A stretch of 64,000 nucleotides of DNA from a bacterium (GTDB lineage: Bacteria; UBA8248): positions 3,872,001 to 3,936,000 of the forward strand of contig CBDBZU010000004.1 in assembly GCA_965213625.1 (NCBI GenBank), written 5' to 3'. The notes under the pieces are model-generated. The model saw only the letters and a list, made by a program, of their open reading frames with translations. It made no database searches and was not told where the DNA came from. The position numbers and the translations under genes are program-made. The stretch's first letter is position 1. Every line of letters starts with the position of its first letter. Below are positions 20,057 through 28,777 of this stretch, piece by piece.

Positions 20057-21562
20057 TCAAAGACGTGATGTTCGCTTTTCCGCGGCGCCGAAGAACGTCT
20101 CGTGGGCCGCGGGTGAAGCACGAACTTCCTTCAGGAGGGGTATATTGTCAAACATCGTTCGCCGCTCGTCCAGAATCCTTTTGAAAGCCGGACGCAGCGA
20201 ACTGGGAAGCGGCATTCCTTTGGGAAGCTCCGCTTTCAGGGGGTCCAAATAACGTCCCCTGTGAGTGATCCGGTAATCGAGATGGGGGCCGGTGGACAAC
20301 CCGGTCGAGCCCACATAGCCGATCACATCGCCCTGAACAACCCTTCTGCCCGCGCGAATCCCGCGCGCGTACCGATACAGATGGAGATAGGCGGTTCGAT
20401 ATCCTCCGCCGTGGCGCAATTCGATTGTCTTGCCGGCCTGGTGTTTGCGGCCCGCCCAGGCGACGACCCCGTCGGCGACCGCATGGACAGGCGTGCCCCG
20501 AGGCGCGGCGTAGTCAACGCCAAAGTGGGGGCGGTAGCGCTTGAGCAGGGGATGAAAACGCCGCTTCGAGAAACGCGAACTGATTCGCGTATAGCGCAGC
20601 GGAGAACGCAAAAAGGCGCGCCTCAGGGATTCTCCCTCGAAATTGTAATACTTCCCGCCTGCGTGCTTGAAATACACTGCGGTGTGCCGCCTGTCCCCCA
20701 CGATGAACTCAGCCGCCAGAATCTTCCCGTAGCCCGTGAATTCATCCCTTAAATGCTTTCGCTCGACCAGGACTTCCACCTCGTCTCCACTTTTCAAATC
20801 CTTATGAAAATCAATAACATATGCAAATATTTCACTTAGCTTGTACACCAGTACGGGAGAGCCGCCGCTATCGGCGATGGCCTTGTACAAGGAACTGTCG
20901 ATGCGGGATTGAATGCGAACGACATCGATGGAATAGGGGATGGCCTCTTTCTTGGCTGTCATCGTCCCGCTCGGTGTTCGCCAGATTCTGAGGCGACTAT
21001 TATTGTTTAGTTGAAAAACGAATTCACGGAATTCGCCGTCTTTATTGCTTTTTCTCACCTCATACCTGCGACCCGCCCGTATGCGCGAAAAAATACGTTT
21101 ATTGCGGACGCTATCCAGGACTTTCTGAATCTCCGACCGGCGCACCTTATGCGCCATCAATACGCCGATGACGGTGTCCGCTTTAGAGAATTTGCCCGCT
21201 TCCGTTGTGAGTATTTCTTCTTCTGGAGGACTCTTGATTGGCTGATTCTGAGCGGCTTTCTTCAGTGCATCTTCTTGGGATTCCTCACGCAACTTATTCC
21301 GTGGCGCCGGGGTGAACCCGCGGCCCGGCGCGGCTTCTTTTTTCACTTTCTTGAGCGTTCGTTCTCCGTGAGACGCATCACGAGTTGCAGGAGCTTTTTC
21401 GGACGAAACCGGCGGTGGAGGCATGACGGAGCGGACGCTCAAAAAAACGCCGACGCCCAACACCAGCAACACGCCTGCCAGGCAGAACTTCGCAGAACGA
21501 GTGCCGGGTTTTCGTGTGGAGCCGGATTGCTTGACGAGACGCGCTGCCTTCCTGCGCATCAC
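20057..21562 (-). CDS. M23 family peptidoglycan DD-endopeptidase (MepM-like) with N-terminal TM
   Basis: ISSRF..RRFHP, HFGVDYAAP.GTPV, YLHL, VGSTGLSTGPHLDY. Start at GTG/ATG 21562/21559 after AAGGA. Confidence 0.92.
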   Translation of the reverse strand: MMRRKAARLVKQSGSTRKPGTRSAKFCLAGVLLVLGVGVFLSVRSVMPPPPVSSEKAPATRDASHGERTLKKVKKEAAPGRGFTPAPRNKLREESQEDALKKAAQNQPIKSPPEEEILTTEAGKFSKADTVIGVLMAHKVRRSEIQKVLDSVRNKRIFSRIRAGRRYEVRKSNKDGEFREFVFQLNNNSRLRIWRTPSGTMTAKKEAIPYSIDVVRIQSRIDSSLYKAIADSGGSPVLVYKLSEIFAYVIDFHKDLKSGDEVEVLVERKHLRDEFTGYGKILAAEFIVGDRRHTAVYFKHAGGKYYNFEGESLRRAFLRSPLRYTRISSRFSKRRFHPLLKRYRPHFGVDYAAPRGTPVHAVADGVVAWAGRKHQAGKTIELRHGGGYRTAYLHLYRYARGIRAGRRVVQGDVIGYVGSTGLSTGPHLDYRITHRGRYLDPLKAELPKGMPLPSSLRPAFKRILDERRTMFDNIPLLKEVRASPAAHETFFGAAEKRTSRL

Positions 21563-21765
21563 GATTCCTTTCGCAAGATCAGGCGGACATCGCAAAAACA
21601 GTGGGTTCTAACAGAATTCCCCATCTTTCTGTTGAGGTTTGATGATAGCAGATTTTCCAAAATTTTCAAATTTGAATTTTGAGCGCCTCCCGAATGAAAG
21701 AGCTGCGCGGGCATTCATCGACCACTCTATATTTCCTGCATCTATTTCAATTGTGCCTCTTCCAC

Positions 21766-21783
21766 GCATTTGCCCGCATTTGC
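21766..21783 (+). repeat. Left direct repeat bounding the tail module
   Basis: GCATTTGCCCGCATTTGC; 17/18 identical to 28629-28646. Confidence 0.6.
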
Positions 21784-21911
21784 GAGGCGAACGCTCCTCT
21801 GCATATTCCATATATTCCATGACCTCGGGCATCCTCCCGCCCCGGAGTGATGCCAATACACGACGGAGAATGCTCCTCCTTGACAGGGAATATCTCCCCC
21901 AGGAGAGTGGA

Positions 21912-22991
21912 ATGGGACATCGCTTCATGTATCAAAATCTCATCGATGACGAGACCACCATCACCGCCACTTCCGTGGATAAGGGATTCGTCGGCGCGGG
22001 CGTGCCCCGCGTTGCGGGCGCGGGCGGTTCGATGATCTTCTCGGGCGCCTACGCCGGAGAAGACCAGGAAGTCTACTCCGTGGAAATCGAAGCTCAGGGT
22101 GATGTGGGAAACGCCCGCTTCAGGTGGCGCAAGACGTCGACCCCCACGAGTGGCTGGGAAGCATCGAACATCCTCACCTCCCGGACGGATTTCTCCCTCG
22201 ATTCGGGCGTGAAGGTCCGTTTCGTAGATGGAGTGGATTCACCCGCGTTCACTGTAGGCGATCATTGGCAGGCGACTGCGAATCGTTATTTCTCCTCAAG
22301 AAGAATTTACGATCTCGATCCCGCCACAAAGGTGAGAAGCGCCTCTCCGTCCGAAGACCCCTGGTCGCTCGACCTCGATTTCGGCGCGCAGATATCTCCC
22401 GACGCATTCATCGCCCACCTCCACAATTTCCCGCCCGGAACGAATCTCAGGATCCAGGCGAACGCATCCGCGGACTGGCGCGCGCCCGCACTCGACGAAA
22501 GGCTCACCTGGCGCAGCAACACGCTCATCCACTATCTCGCCACAACGCCGCGTACGTATCGCCACTGGCGCCTTTTGGCCGAAGGCGCCGCCGCCAGCCG
22601 GGATGCGTATCTGCAAGTATCGGAAATCTACCTGGGCGGCTTTTTCGAGCCCGCCGATCACTACTGGTTCGGAAACGTGGTGGGAGAAGAATCTTTCGAG
22701 GAACAAGGACGCACGGAAAACATGGCGGAGCGTCCCGTGCTCTTGAATCGCGGCCGCACGGTCACCCTACCTTATGAGCGCATATCGGATGCGCAGCGCG
22801 AAAAATTTCTCACCATGTACCGGACGATAAAGGACATCGAAGCAGGGCGGGCGAAACCGATCTTCGTTCATCTGGACGTGGACGACCCCGCCTCGATCAT
22901 TCTCGCCCACCTTATAGGCGGTTTCCTGCCCCGCCAGACGGGCCCGGACGATTTCTCCTTTGAATTCGCACTCCGGGAAAGACTCTCATGA
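21912..22991 (+). CDS. Phage tail-tip protein, probably distal-tail (Dit)-like with an inserted beta-sandwich domain
   Basis: AGGAG RBS at 21901; 359 aa; HNF...LRIQAN..DW..P, YRHWRL and YLQVSEIYLGGFFEP motifs that I associate with proteins encoded after tape measures in siphophage-like prophages (recognised by eye). Confidence 0.6.
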   Translation: MGHRFMYQNLIDDETTITATSVDKGFVGAGVPRVAGAGGSMIFSGAYAGEDQEVYSVEIEAQGDVGNARFRWRKTSTPTSGWEASNILTSRTDFSLDSGVKVRFVDGVDSPAFTVGDHWQATANRYFSSRRIYDLDPATKVRSASPSEDPWSLDLDFGAQISPDAFIAHLHNFPPGTNLRIQANASADWRAPALDERLTWRSNTLIHYLATTPRTYRHWRLLAEGAAASRDAYLQVSEIYLGGFFEPADHYWFGNVVGEESFEEQGRTENMAERPVLLNRGRTVTLPYERISDAQREKFLTMYRTIKDIEAGRAKPIFVHLDVDDPASIILAHLIGGFLPRQTGPDDFSFEFALRERLS

Positions 22992-23521
22992 GACGCGCCA
23001 CGGATCAGGCAGTTAAGGATATTGCGGGCCACGAGGGGAAAACCGCGTTCGTCCTCTATCACATCTCCACCGCGGGCGGGAAGCGCGTGTTCTGCGGAAA
23101 GCAGGTTCCCGACTCCCTGATCGGGCAAGGCGGGAGTATCCATTTCCTCGACGGATCGAGGATTCTCGATGGCTCCCTTCTCCTAGGAGAGGGGGTGGAA
23201 GTGCTCTTAGGCGTTCACAATTGGATAGAAGACGGCGGGCGCTTCTCTCTCGGAGCGTTTCATGGCCTCTCCATTCTCGAGGCATTCAGAGAAAAGGAAC
23301 TCTCCGGCCTCTCGATTACCATCAACAACGCTCCCGACATGGACAACCACCCGCGCATGAGCCGCATCCTCGCAACAGAGCCGTTCGTGGGCGGGAGGGT
23401 CGACGTGCGCGTCGGGTTTTCAGGACAAAACATATCCGACGTTCTTTCAATTGGGAGTTTCACCATCCGCCGGATCATCGAGCGCATCGATCTGGTCACC
23501 ATTGAATGCGAGGGCAACTAG
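22988..23521 (+). CDS. Putative phage tail hub/baseplate protein
   Basis: ATGA overlap with the previous gene; LDGSRILDGS motif; beta-rich. Confidence 0.5.
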   Translation: MRRATDQAVKDIAGHEGKTAFVLYHISTAGGKRVFCGKQVPDSLIGQGGSIHFLDGSRILDGSLLLGEGVEVLLGVHNWIEDGGRFSLGAFHGLSILEAFREKELSGLSITINNAPDMDNHPRMSRILATEPFVGGRVDVRVGFSGQNISDVLSIGSFTIRRIIERIDLVTIECEGN

Positions 23522-24733
23522 ATGAGTGAGAAAACGACGGACCGTCTCTCCGATGTCTTCCATATAGGGCGCGCTTCCAGGTACGCCGACCCTGAATTCG
23601 AAGACCAGAGCCTCCCCATCATCTATGGGGATTTGACCACTCCTTCTCGCGAGAACACAGGCGTCTACGAGCCTCCGAAAATCGACACCGCAGACGACAG
23701 CGTCTACTGCGTGGCCGCCCATGAGATATCGGGCGCCGTTGCTCTTTTTGACGACGATGGCCGCATCGAGCCGGAAAACTACACCCTGGAACTCTCCCGG
23801 AACTATCAGGGCAGAGGCGAAATCGCTACGGCCACTTTCGCCGAATCGCCGAAGGGGCGCATGACCGCCGTCTGCAGAGGCAGGAAAAACGAAAGCGGCG
23901 AACTCATCGAAAACCCCGCCGAAATCGTTTATGACCTCATGACGAGCGTCTGGGGATTCAGTGGACAGGATATCGACATGCTGGCCCTCTCGCGCGCGGC
24001 AACCAGCGCGGAGGCGCTCGGCTACCGGGCGAGCGGAATCATTCTGGATGACCATGCGCCCGCCGACGTCCTCACCGCGCTCTTGGGCGATTTCCTCGGG
24101 CGGTACGAAGTCGACCCGTTCGGTCGCTTGAAAATCCACATCGCCGGAGGGGAATCTTTCGCTAACTCGCCACAAAAGGTTCTACCCTGCTTCGGCCAAT
24201 CGCGCATCGAGGCGGAGATGGCGCGAGACACCGTCATCAATCAGGCGCCGGTGCTCTATGCAAGAGATTATCCAGGCGCGCGCTACATCAAGCACGACGA
24301 CGGGAGCGCCACCGAAAACAGATCCTCCCAAAGACTCTATGGCGTCAGGAGACCTCCTCAAAGCCCGCTCAGGCTCGAATGGGTCCGTCGCGAGAGCGTG
24401 GCCGCCACGGTTCAATCGCGGATCGTGGAGCGCTATCACGAACCCACCCGCATACTCAGCATCGAGGACGGCTCTTTGAGAGCGCTCGAAATCGAACCGG
24501 ACGACTACGTGGCGTTCAGCGTGCCCTGGATGCGCTCGAAACAACTCGAACCCCTCGTGAATCAAATCGGGGAGGTAATCGAGGTGAATTACGACCTGGG
24601 CGAGCAGGGCATGGAACTCAAAATTCGGGATACCGGTTTTTTCCTGACGACTTCCTGCCTTCTGGACGGAAGCAAAACACTCGAAGGCGGCTGGCTCCAG
24701 GGTGCCGAGCGCGACGCCGCCACCTACGCATAA
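23522..24733 (+). CDS. Putative phage tail-tip (Tal/host-specificity-like) protein
   Basis: Abuts the previous stop; LPIIYGD, LIENPAEIVYDL, SQRLYG, LEIEPDDYV and C-terminal LLDGSKTLEG. Confidence 0.6.
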   Translation: MSEKTTDRLSDVFHIGRASRYADPEFEDQSLPIIYGDLTTPSRENTGVYEPPKIDTADDSVYCVAAHEISGAVALFDDDGRIEPENYTLELSRNYQGRGEIATATFAESPKGRMTAVCRGRKNESGELIENPAEIVYDLMTSVWGFSGQDIDMLALSRAATSAEALGYRASGIILDDHAPADVLTALLGDFLGRYEVDPFGRLKIHIAGGESFANSPQKVLPCFGQSRIEAEMARDTVINQAPVLYARDYPGARYIKHDDGSATENRSSQRLYGVRRPPQSPLRLEWVRRESVAATVQSRIVERYHEPTRILSIEDGSLRALEIEPDDYVAFSVPWMRSKQLEPLVNQIGEVIEVNYDLGEQGMELKIRDTGFFLTTSCLLDGSKTLEGGWLQGAERDAATYA

Positions 24734-24744
24734 AGGAGAATACG

Positions 24745-25686
24745 ATGCCCATCGGAGCCGATTTGTCCGCCCGCTACACTGAGGAAGCCATCGGCGGTCA
24801 CCACCCTACGAAAGCCCGCGTGATCGACCGCCTGGCCCTCGCCGCATTGTTTCCGGACGGAAAAATCAGGGCCAACAGACAACCAATCGAATGCGCGGGC
24901 AGGCTCGACTACGTGAACGCCACCACCCTGGCGTTCAAGCCGACGCTGGGCTCCGCTTACTATCCCGCCGTCGTCAATCCCGTGGCGGGCTGCCACGTGC
25001 CCTTCATCGATGAAGCGTCGGGAGATGTCTATTACGAGGATTTGCCATGGGAGGGAATCTCTATTTCGAACGCGGACCTCGCGGCGGACAGATCCTATGC
25101 AGTCTTCGTCTACGATGACGAAGGCGCGCTCAAGCTCGAGTTCGATAACACGGGAAGCTGGGCGTTCGACGCCGCTACGGGGCTGGCGCACAAAACGGAC
25201 GACATGAGCCGCACCCTCGTCGGAATCGCGAGAACGGACGCCTCATCCCGGTTTGTTCTGGCAAACGACGTGTATGTCCGAAGTTTCTGGAACAAGGCGG
25301 AATACGCCGCGCAGTCCAGAGGAACACTCGCCACCACCCTGTCCACCAACTGGACCTCCGTCGCCACGCACGAAATCCTGATGTGGCCGGGCCACGACGT
25401 CATCCGCCAGGAAGCCGGCGGACAAGGCTGGGTGAATTCGACGTACATTGCGGGTCTGGTGGGCCTGGATATGGATCTCGAACTGTTTGGCGGCACGGGA
25501 CAGGCCTATCCGGAAGTCGAGGTCATCCGCCTCTCGGGCAGCGAGAAAGACAACTTCTCGATTGCGAAGACGCAAATATACACAGGCGCCCTCGCCGAGG
25601 TTCACTCCACGTTCGTCTTTCGCGTGGCGCACCCGACCATCCTGAACATTGGCGACTATCTCTTCCAAAGCGTCGTTTTGATTTAG
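24745..25686 (+). CDS. Putative tail fibre/receptor-binding protein
   Basis: AAGGAG RBS; 313 aa beta-rich; GRLDYVNATTL, YAVFVYDD.G.L.LE and RTLVGIART motifs of fibre-associated proteins. Confidence 0.5.
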   Translation: MPIGADLSARYTEEAIGGHHPTKARVIDRLALAALFPDGKIRANRQPIECAGRLDYVNATTLAFKPTLGSAYYPAVVNPVAGCHVPFIDEASGDVYYEDLPWEGISISNADLAADRSYAVFVYDDEGALKLEFDNTGSWAFDAATGLAHKTDDMSRTLVGIARTDASSRFVLANDVYVRSFWNKAEYAAQSRGTLATTLSTNWTSVATHEILMWPGHDVIRQEAGGQGWVNSTYIAGLVGLDMDLELFGGTGQAYPEVEVIRLSGSEKDNFSIAKTQIYTGALAEVHSTFVFRVAHPTILNIGDYLFQSVVLI

Positions 25687-25695
25687 GAGACAGAC

Positions 25696-26391
25696 ATGGA
25701 AATCGAAGTGACCAAAGCCATCGGCCCGCACTTTCGCGACGAACTCGAAGCCGCCAGCCTCGCGCACCTCTACCTCGGCAGCGCGCACCGGCTGAAGCCG
25801 ACCATGACGCCAGACGCCGACTGGGAACCCGGACCCGGCGAGACGGAATCCGCCCGTCCTGAAATCCATGGCCCCGGCCTGGATACGTGGGTCATCAACG
25901 TGGCCGATTCGAGCACCGGGGCGCAGCGAGAAGCCGTTCTCGCCGCTCATGCCGCGCACGCGCCCGGTGGCGTCGCGCAATTCCACCGGAACCAGGCGAA
26001 AGAGAAACTCAACCTGTTCCTGAACGCCGCCAAGGCGCGAATCGTGGGCGTGCCGGTGAGCGCTCTGGGCGGCAAGTTGGCCGAATACGAGGAAAAAGCA
26101 AAGCTCATCGACGCCTGGGCGCAGGATACGGACACCGACAAGCTCGCAAAGCCTGTGTTCTTGCTCATCAAAAACAGGAAAGACGCCTATCCGGCGCGCT
26201 ACGCGACGGGTCAAAGCGTGGTGGATGAGTGGGCGGAGCGCAGAACGGCGCTGCTCGGCAAGCTCGCCTCCCTCGTGAAAATTTACGATGAATGCGTGCG
26301 CGACACCCAGGATGCCGACGTCACAACGAGCGTAGCGTCTCTGGATTCCAGACTTGTAGAAGCCGCATCCTCGTTCGACGCGGTGCGCTGA
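25696..26391 (+). CDS. Hypothetical protein, possibly a fibre-associated chaperone
   Basis: AGGAG RBS; helical C-terminal half; position after the putative fibre. Confidence 0.45.
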   Translation: MEIEVTKAIGPHFRDELEAASLAHLYLGSAHRLKPTMTPDADWEPGPGETESARPEIHGPGLDTWVINVADSSTGAQREAVLAAHAAHAPGGVAQFHRNQAKEKLNLFLNAAKARIVGVPVSALGGKLAEYEEKAKLIDAWAQDTDTDKLAKPVFLLIKNRKDAYPARYATGQSVVDEWAERRTALLGKLASLVKIYDECVRDTQDADVTTSVASLDSRLVEAASSFDAVR

Positions 26392-26774
26392 TGGCCGCGG
26401 AAGGCAACGGTAAAGGGCTCCAGATTTTCTTGTCCATCCTGAGCATCGCCGGCCTCGGGGTGGCCGCTTACACCCCGCTCTACAACCAGATCGTGAACGT
26501 GGAGACGCGTCTGGCAGCCCACATGGCCGAGCGGGGCCACCCCTGGCTCTTGGAGAAAAACGCGGGCGCGCGCGTTCGTTTCCAGGAAGTGGAAACCCAG
26601 TTCCGCGAGGCGAAGACGATCGCCGATCTCAAATTCCGTGAACTGAAAACAATTTCCGTGAAAAAAACACGCGAAGACGCGCAAGCCTTTGAACAAATCC
26701 TGCGCCGTCTGCGCGAGGTCGAAACCGCGCTCGCCAGACTCGACGAGCGCCTGAACAAGGAGGGTCGACCATGA
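26391..26774 (+). CDS. Single-TM coiled-coil protein (holin/lysis-accessory-like)
   Basis: TGATG overlap; MAAEGNGKGLQIFLSILSIAGLGVAAY TM segment followed by coiled coil ending LARLDERL. Confidence 0.5.
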   Translation: MAAEGNGKGLQIFLSILSIAGLGVAAYTPLYNQIVNVETRLAAHMAERGHPWLLEKNAGARVRFQEVETQFREAKTIADLKFRELKTISVKKTREDAQAFEQILRRLREVETALARLDERLNKEGRP

Positions 26775-26893
26775 TTCCACATCTTCTCGCTGTGCTTTTC
26801 TCGGCCGCCGCCGTCTTTTGCACCGTCGCGGCCATCGAACCGCGACTTATCACGAACCACCTGTGGCATTTCATCAACCCCTGGGCGGATTAG
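26771..26893 (+). CDS. Small hydrophobic protein (40 aa)
   Basis: ATGA overlap, GGAGG RBS; MIPHLLAVLFSAAAVFCTVAAIEPRLITNHLWHFINPWAD. Below the track cutoff. Confidence 0.45.
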   Translation: MIPHLLAVLFSAAAVFCTVAAIEPRLITNHLWHFINPWAD

Positions 26894-26945
26894 CGCGCCC
26901 CCATGCCCATTTGATCCAGCGTCTCGTACATGAGTGGGGAACTTC

Positions 26946-28628
26946 ATGCCTGAGCAAGTCCATACAATTTCGATTACGAAGAAAATCGACCTGAATTCCG
27001 GGAAAAGCCTCAAAGCGCTCGAGCGTTTCACCAAAGCGGCGGGCCAGGCGAGAATCGCCACGGAAAAACTCAACACCGAAACGCGCGGGTCCCGAACTGC
27101 GCTTCAAAAATCGAGCCGTACCTTCGTGAAGTCCTCGGAAAGACTCCGGGGAGTCGGCGTCTCGTCCATGGATGCGGCCGAGGGGATGAACTCCCTGTGG
27201 AAGAATGCGGAACAAGCCGGCGCCCGGCTCGCCTCCGGCCCGCTCGCCAGGGGCCTGGACGAGGTCAAAAGGAAAGCCACGGACCTGCCCGCCTCTTTTC
27301 AGATCGCCGGGAGAGCCGTGACCGACTTTGCCGCGGCTAGCGAGCAAACGCTCACCCGGTTTTTCACGGACGCCCTCAGTGGCAAAATCGACAGCGCCAA
27401 GGATCTGTTCAGCGACCTGAAAAACCACGCCATCGAAACGGTGCGCAACGCCGCCGCCGAGATGGCGAGTACGCACTTCATCAAACCGGTGGTGGGCGCG
27501 CTACAGAATCTGGGGCTGAACCTGCTGGGCGATCTGGGCAAGGGTCTGCTGGGTGTGTTCGGGTTCGCAAAGGGCGGTCTGGTGAAAAAGCCCACCCTGG
27601 GACTCATCGGTGAGGCGGGGCCTGAACTCGTGGTGCCGCTGGCGAAAATCGGCGGCGAGGCGGGGCTCATGCGCCTCTTCCAGTCCGTCTCTGAACTCGA
27701 AGCGGCGAACCGCCTGGGCGGCACGGCAGTCGCCACCGCGGCTGGCGAAAAGGCGAGCGCAGAGCTGGCCTCGCGGATTGCGGCGACGAAAGCGGCGGCG
27801 GCATTGCGAGTCGCCTTTTCGGCGCTGGACTTCCTGAGCGGACCCAAAACATTGAAAACAGGGGCGAATCTGGCCATCAACGTAGCGGGCGCCCTCCCCG
27901 CGCTCGCGGGCGCCACGGGGCTCGCGGCCTTCGGGCCGGCGGCGGGCGCTTTTCTGCTCACAGACGTCTTGTTCAACAAGGGAGGAGCCATCAAGCAAGT
28001 GCTCTCCTTCCTGGGCTTCAAGGGCTTCAGGGACAGGTCAACCCCATTCACCCTGGGGATAGCGAATCTCGCGCAGGCGGGCGGGCTGTATCTCGCGCTC
28101 GAAAAATTCCGCGAAACCGGCGTGGCGGAAGAAGCGCGGCTCCTCTCGCTACCAAAAGCGGTCTACGAAGGCCGGATGAGCGTGGACCCCCCATTGCTGG
28201 AAAAAGCAGGCCTCACGTTTCAGCTCATTCAGCGGGCGGCCGGAAAGGCGGGCATCTCGCCACAGGAAGGGGTGAAACGGTATTTCGGTGGATTGTACGG
28301 CGCCTATAAGAGGGCGCTGCCCGTAGTAGTGGATGAAGGCGACGCGGCGGGGCGTTTCGTCAAGCGCTCAGCACTCAGGCTCGTGGGCGAGTCGGGACCC
28401 GAGCACATCATGAACGTGAACCACCCGCAATCCATCGATTTCTTTCAGCGCGGCGTGCGGCCCATCATCCGCGACGCCATACGCGAAGAGACGGGCGGCG
28501 GCGGGGGCGACACCCACGTCTACCACATTCACATCGAAGGGAACCTGAGCGATAACCGCACGCTGGAGAAGCTCTCGCGCAAGCTCGAAGACATCAACAG
28601 GCGCCGCCGCCGCTACGGGCAGGCCTAG
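26946..28628 (+). CDS. Phage tail tape-measure-like protein (~560 aa)
   Basis: Ala-rich helical N-terminus; GFAKGGLVKKPTLGLIGEAGPELVVPL motif; Gly-rich then V/I-alternating C-terminus (GGGGGDTHVYHIHIEG). Alternative GTG start at 26934. Confidence 0.8.
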   Translation: MPEQVHTISITKKIDLNSGKSLKALERFTKAAGQARIATEKLNTETRGSRTALQKSSRTFVKSSERLRGVGVSSMDAAEGMNSLWKNAEQAGARLASGPLARGLDEVKRKATDLPASFQIAGRAVTDFAAASEQTLTRFFTDALSGKIDSAKDLFSDLKNHAIETVRNAAAEMASTHFIKPVVGALQNLGLNLLGDLGKGLLGVFGFAKGGLVKKPTLGLIGEAGPELVVPLAKIGGEAGLMRLFQSVSELEAANRLGGTAVATAAGEKASAELASRIAATKAAAALRVAFSALDFLSGPKTLKTGANLAINVAGALPALAGATGLAAFGPAAGAFLLTDVLFNKGGAIKQVLSFLGFKGFRDRSTPFTLGIANLAQAGGLYLALEKFRETGVAEEARLLSLPKAVYEGRMSVDPPLLEKAGLTFQLIQRAAGKAGISPQEGVKRYFGGLYGAYKRALPVVVDEGDAAGRFVKRSALRLVGESGPEHIMNVNHPQSIDFFQRGVRPIIRDAIREETGGGGGDTHVYHIHIEGNLSDNRTLEKLSRKLEDINRRRRRYGQA

Positions 28629-28646
28629 GCATTTGCCCGCAATTGC
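28629..28646 (+). repeat. Right direct repeat bounding the tail module
   Basis: GCATTTGCCCGCAATTGC immediately after the tape-measure stop codon. Confidence 0.6.
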
Positions 28647-28777
28647 ACGCATCCCACCCCTGCATTTCCCCGCAAATTCCCGCATTTCCCCTCGTTAATT
28701 TACGGAAATTTATCGAATAACCCCGTGAATTTATCGATATTTATCGAATTGTTTGGAAACTCTTAAGGTTTCCCGCT

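Noticed and set aside
20057-21562. M23 peptidase as the module's dedicated endolysin
   Set aside because: It has the membrane-anchored MepM-like housekeeping architecture, heads the run of minus-strand core genes, and lies outside the direct repeats. Kept only as a possibility.
21639-21911. N-terminal extension of the first tail-module ORF in the track (450 aa)
   Set aside because: AGGAG-ATG at 21901-21914 gives a better start; the extension covers AT-rich intergenic DNA.
21912-28628. Complete prophage, contractile injection system or T6SS
   Set aside because: No integrase, capsid, terminase, sheath, tube, VgrG/PAAR or AAA ATPase is recognisable in or beside the module.
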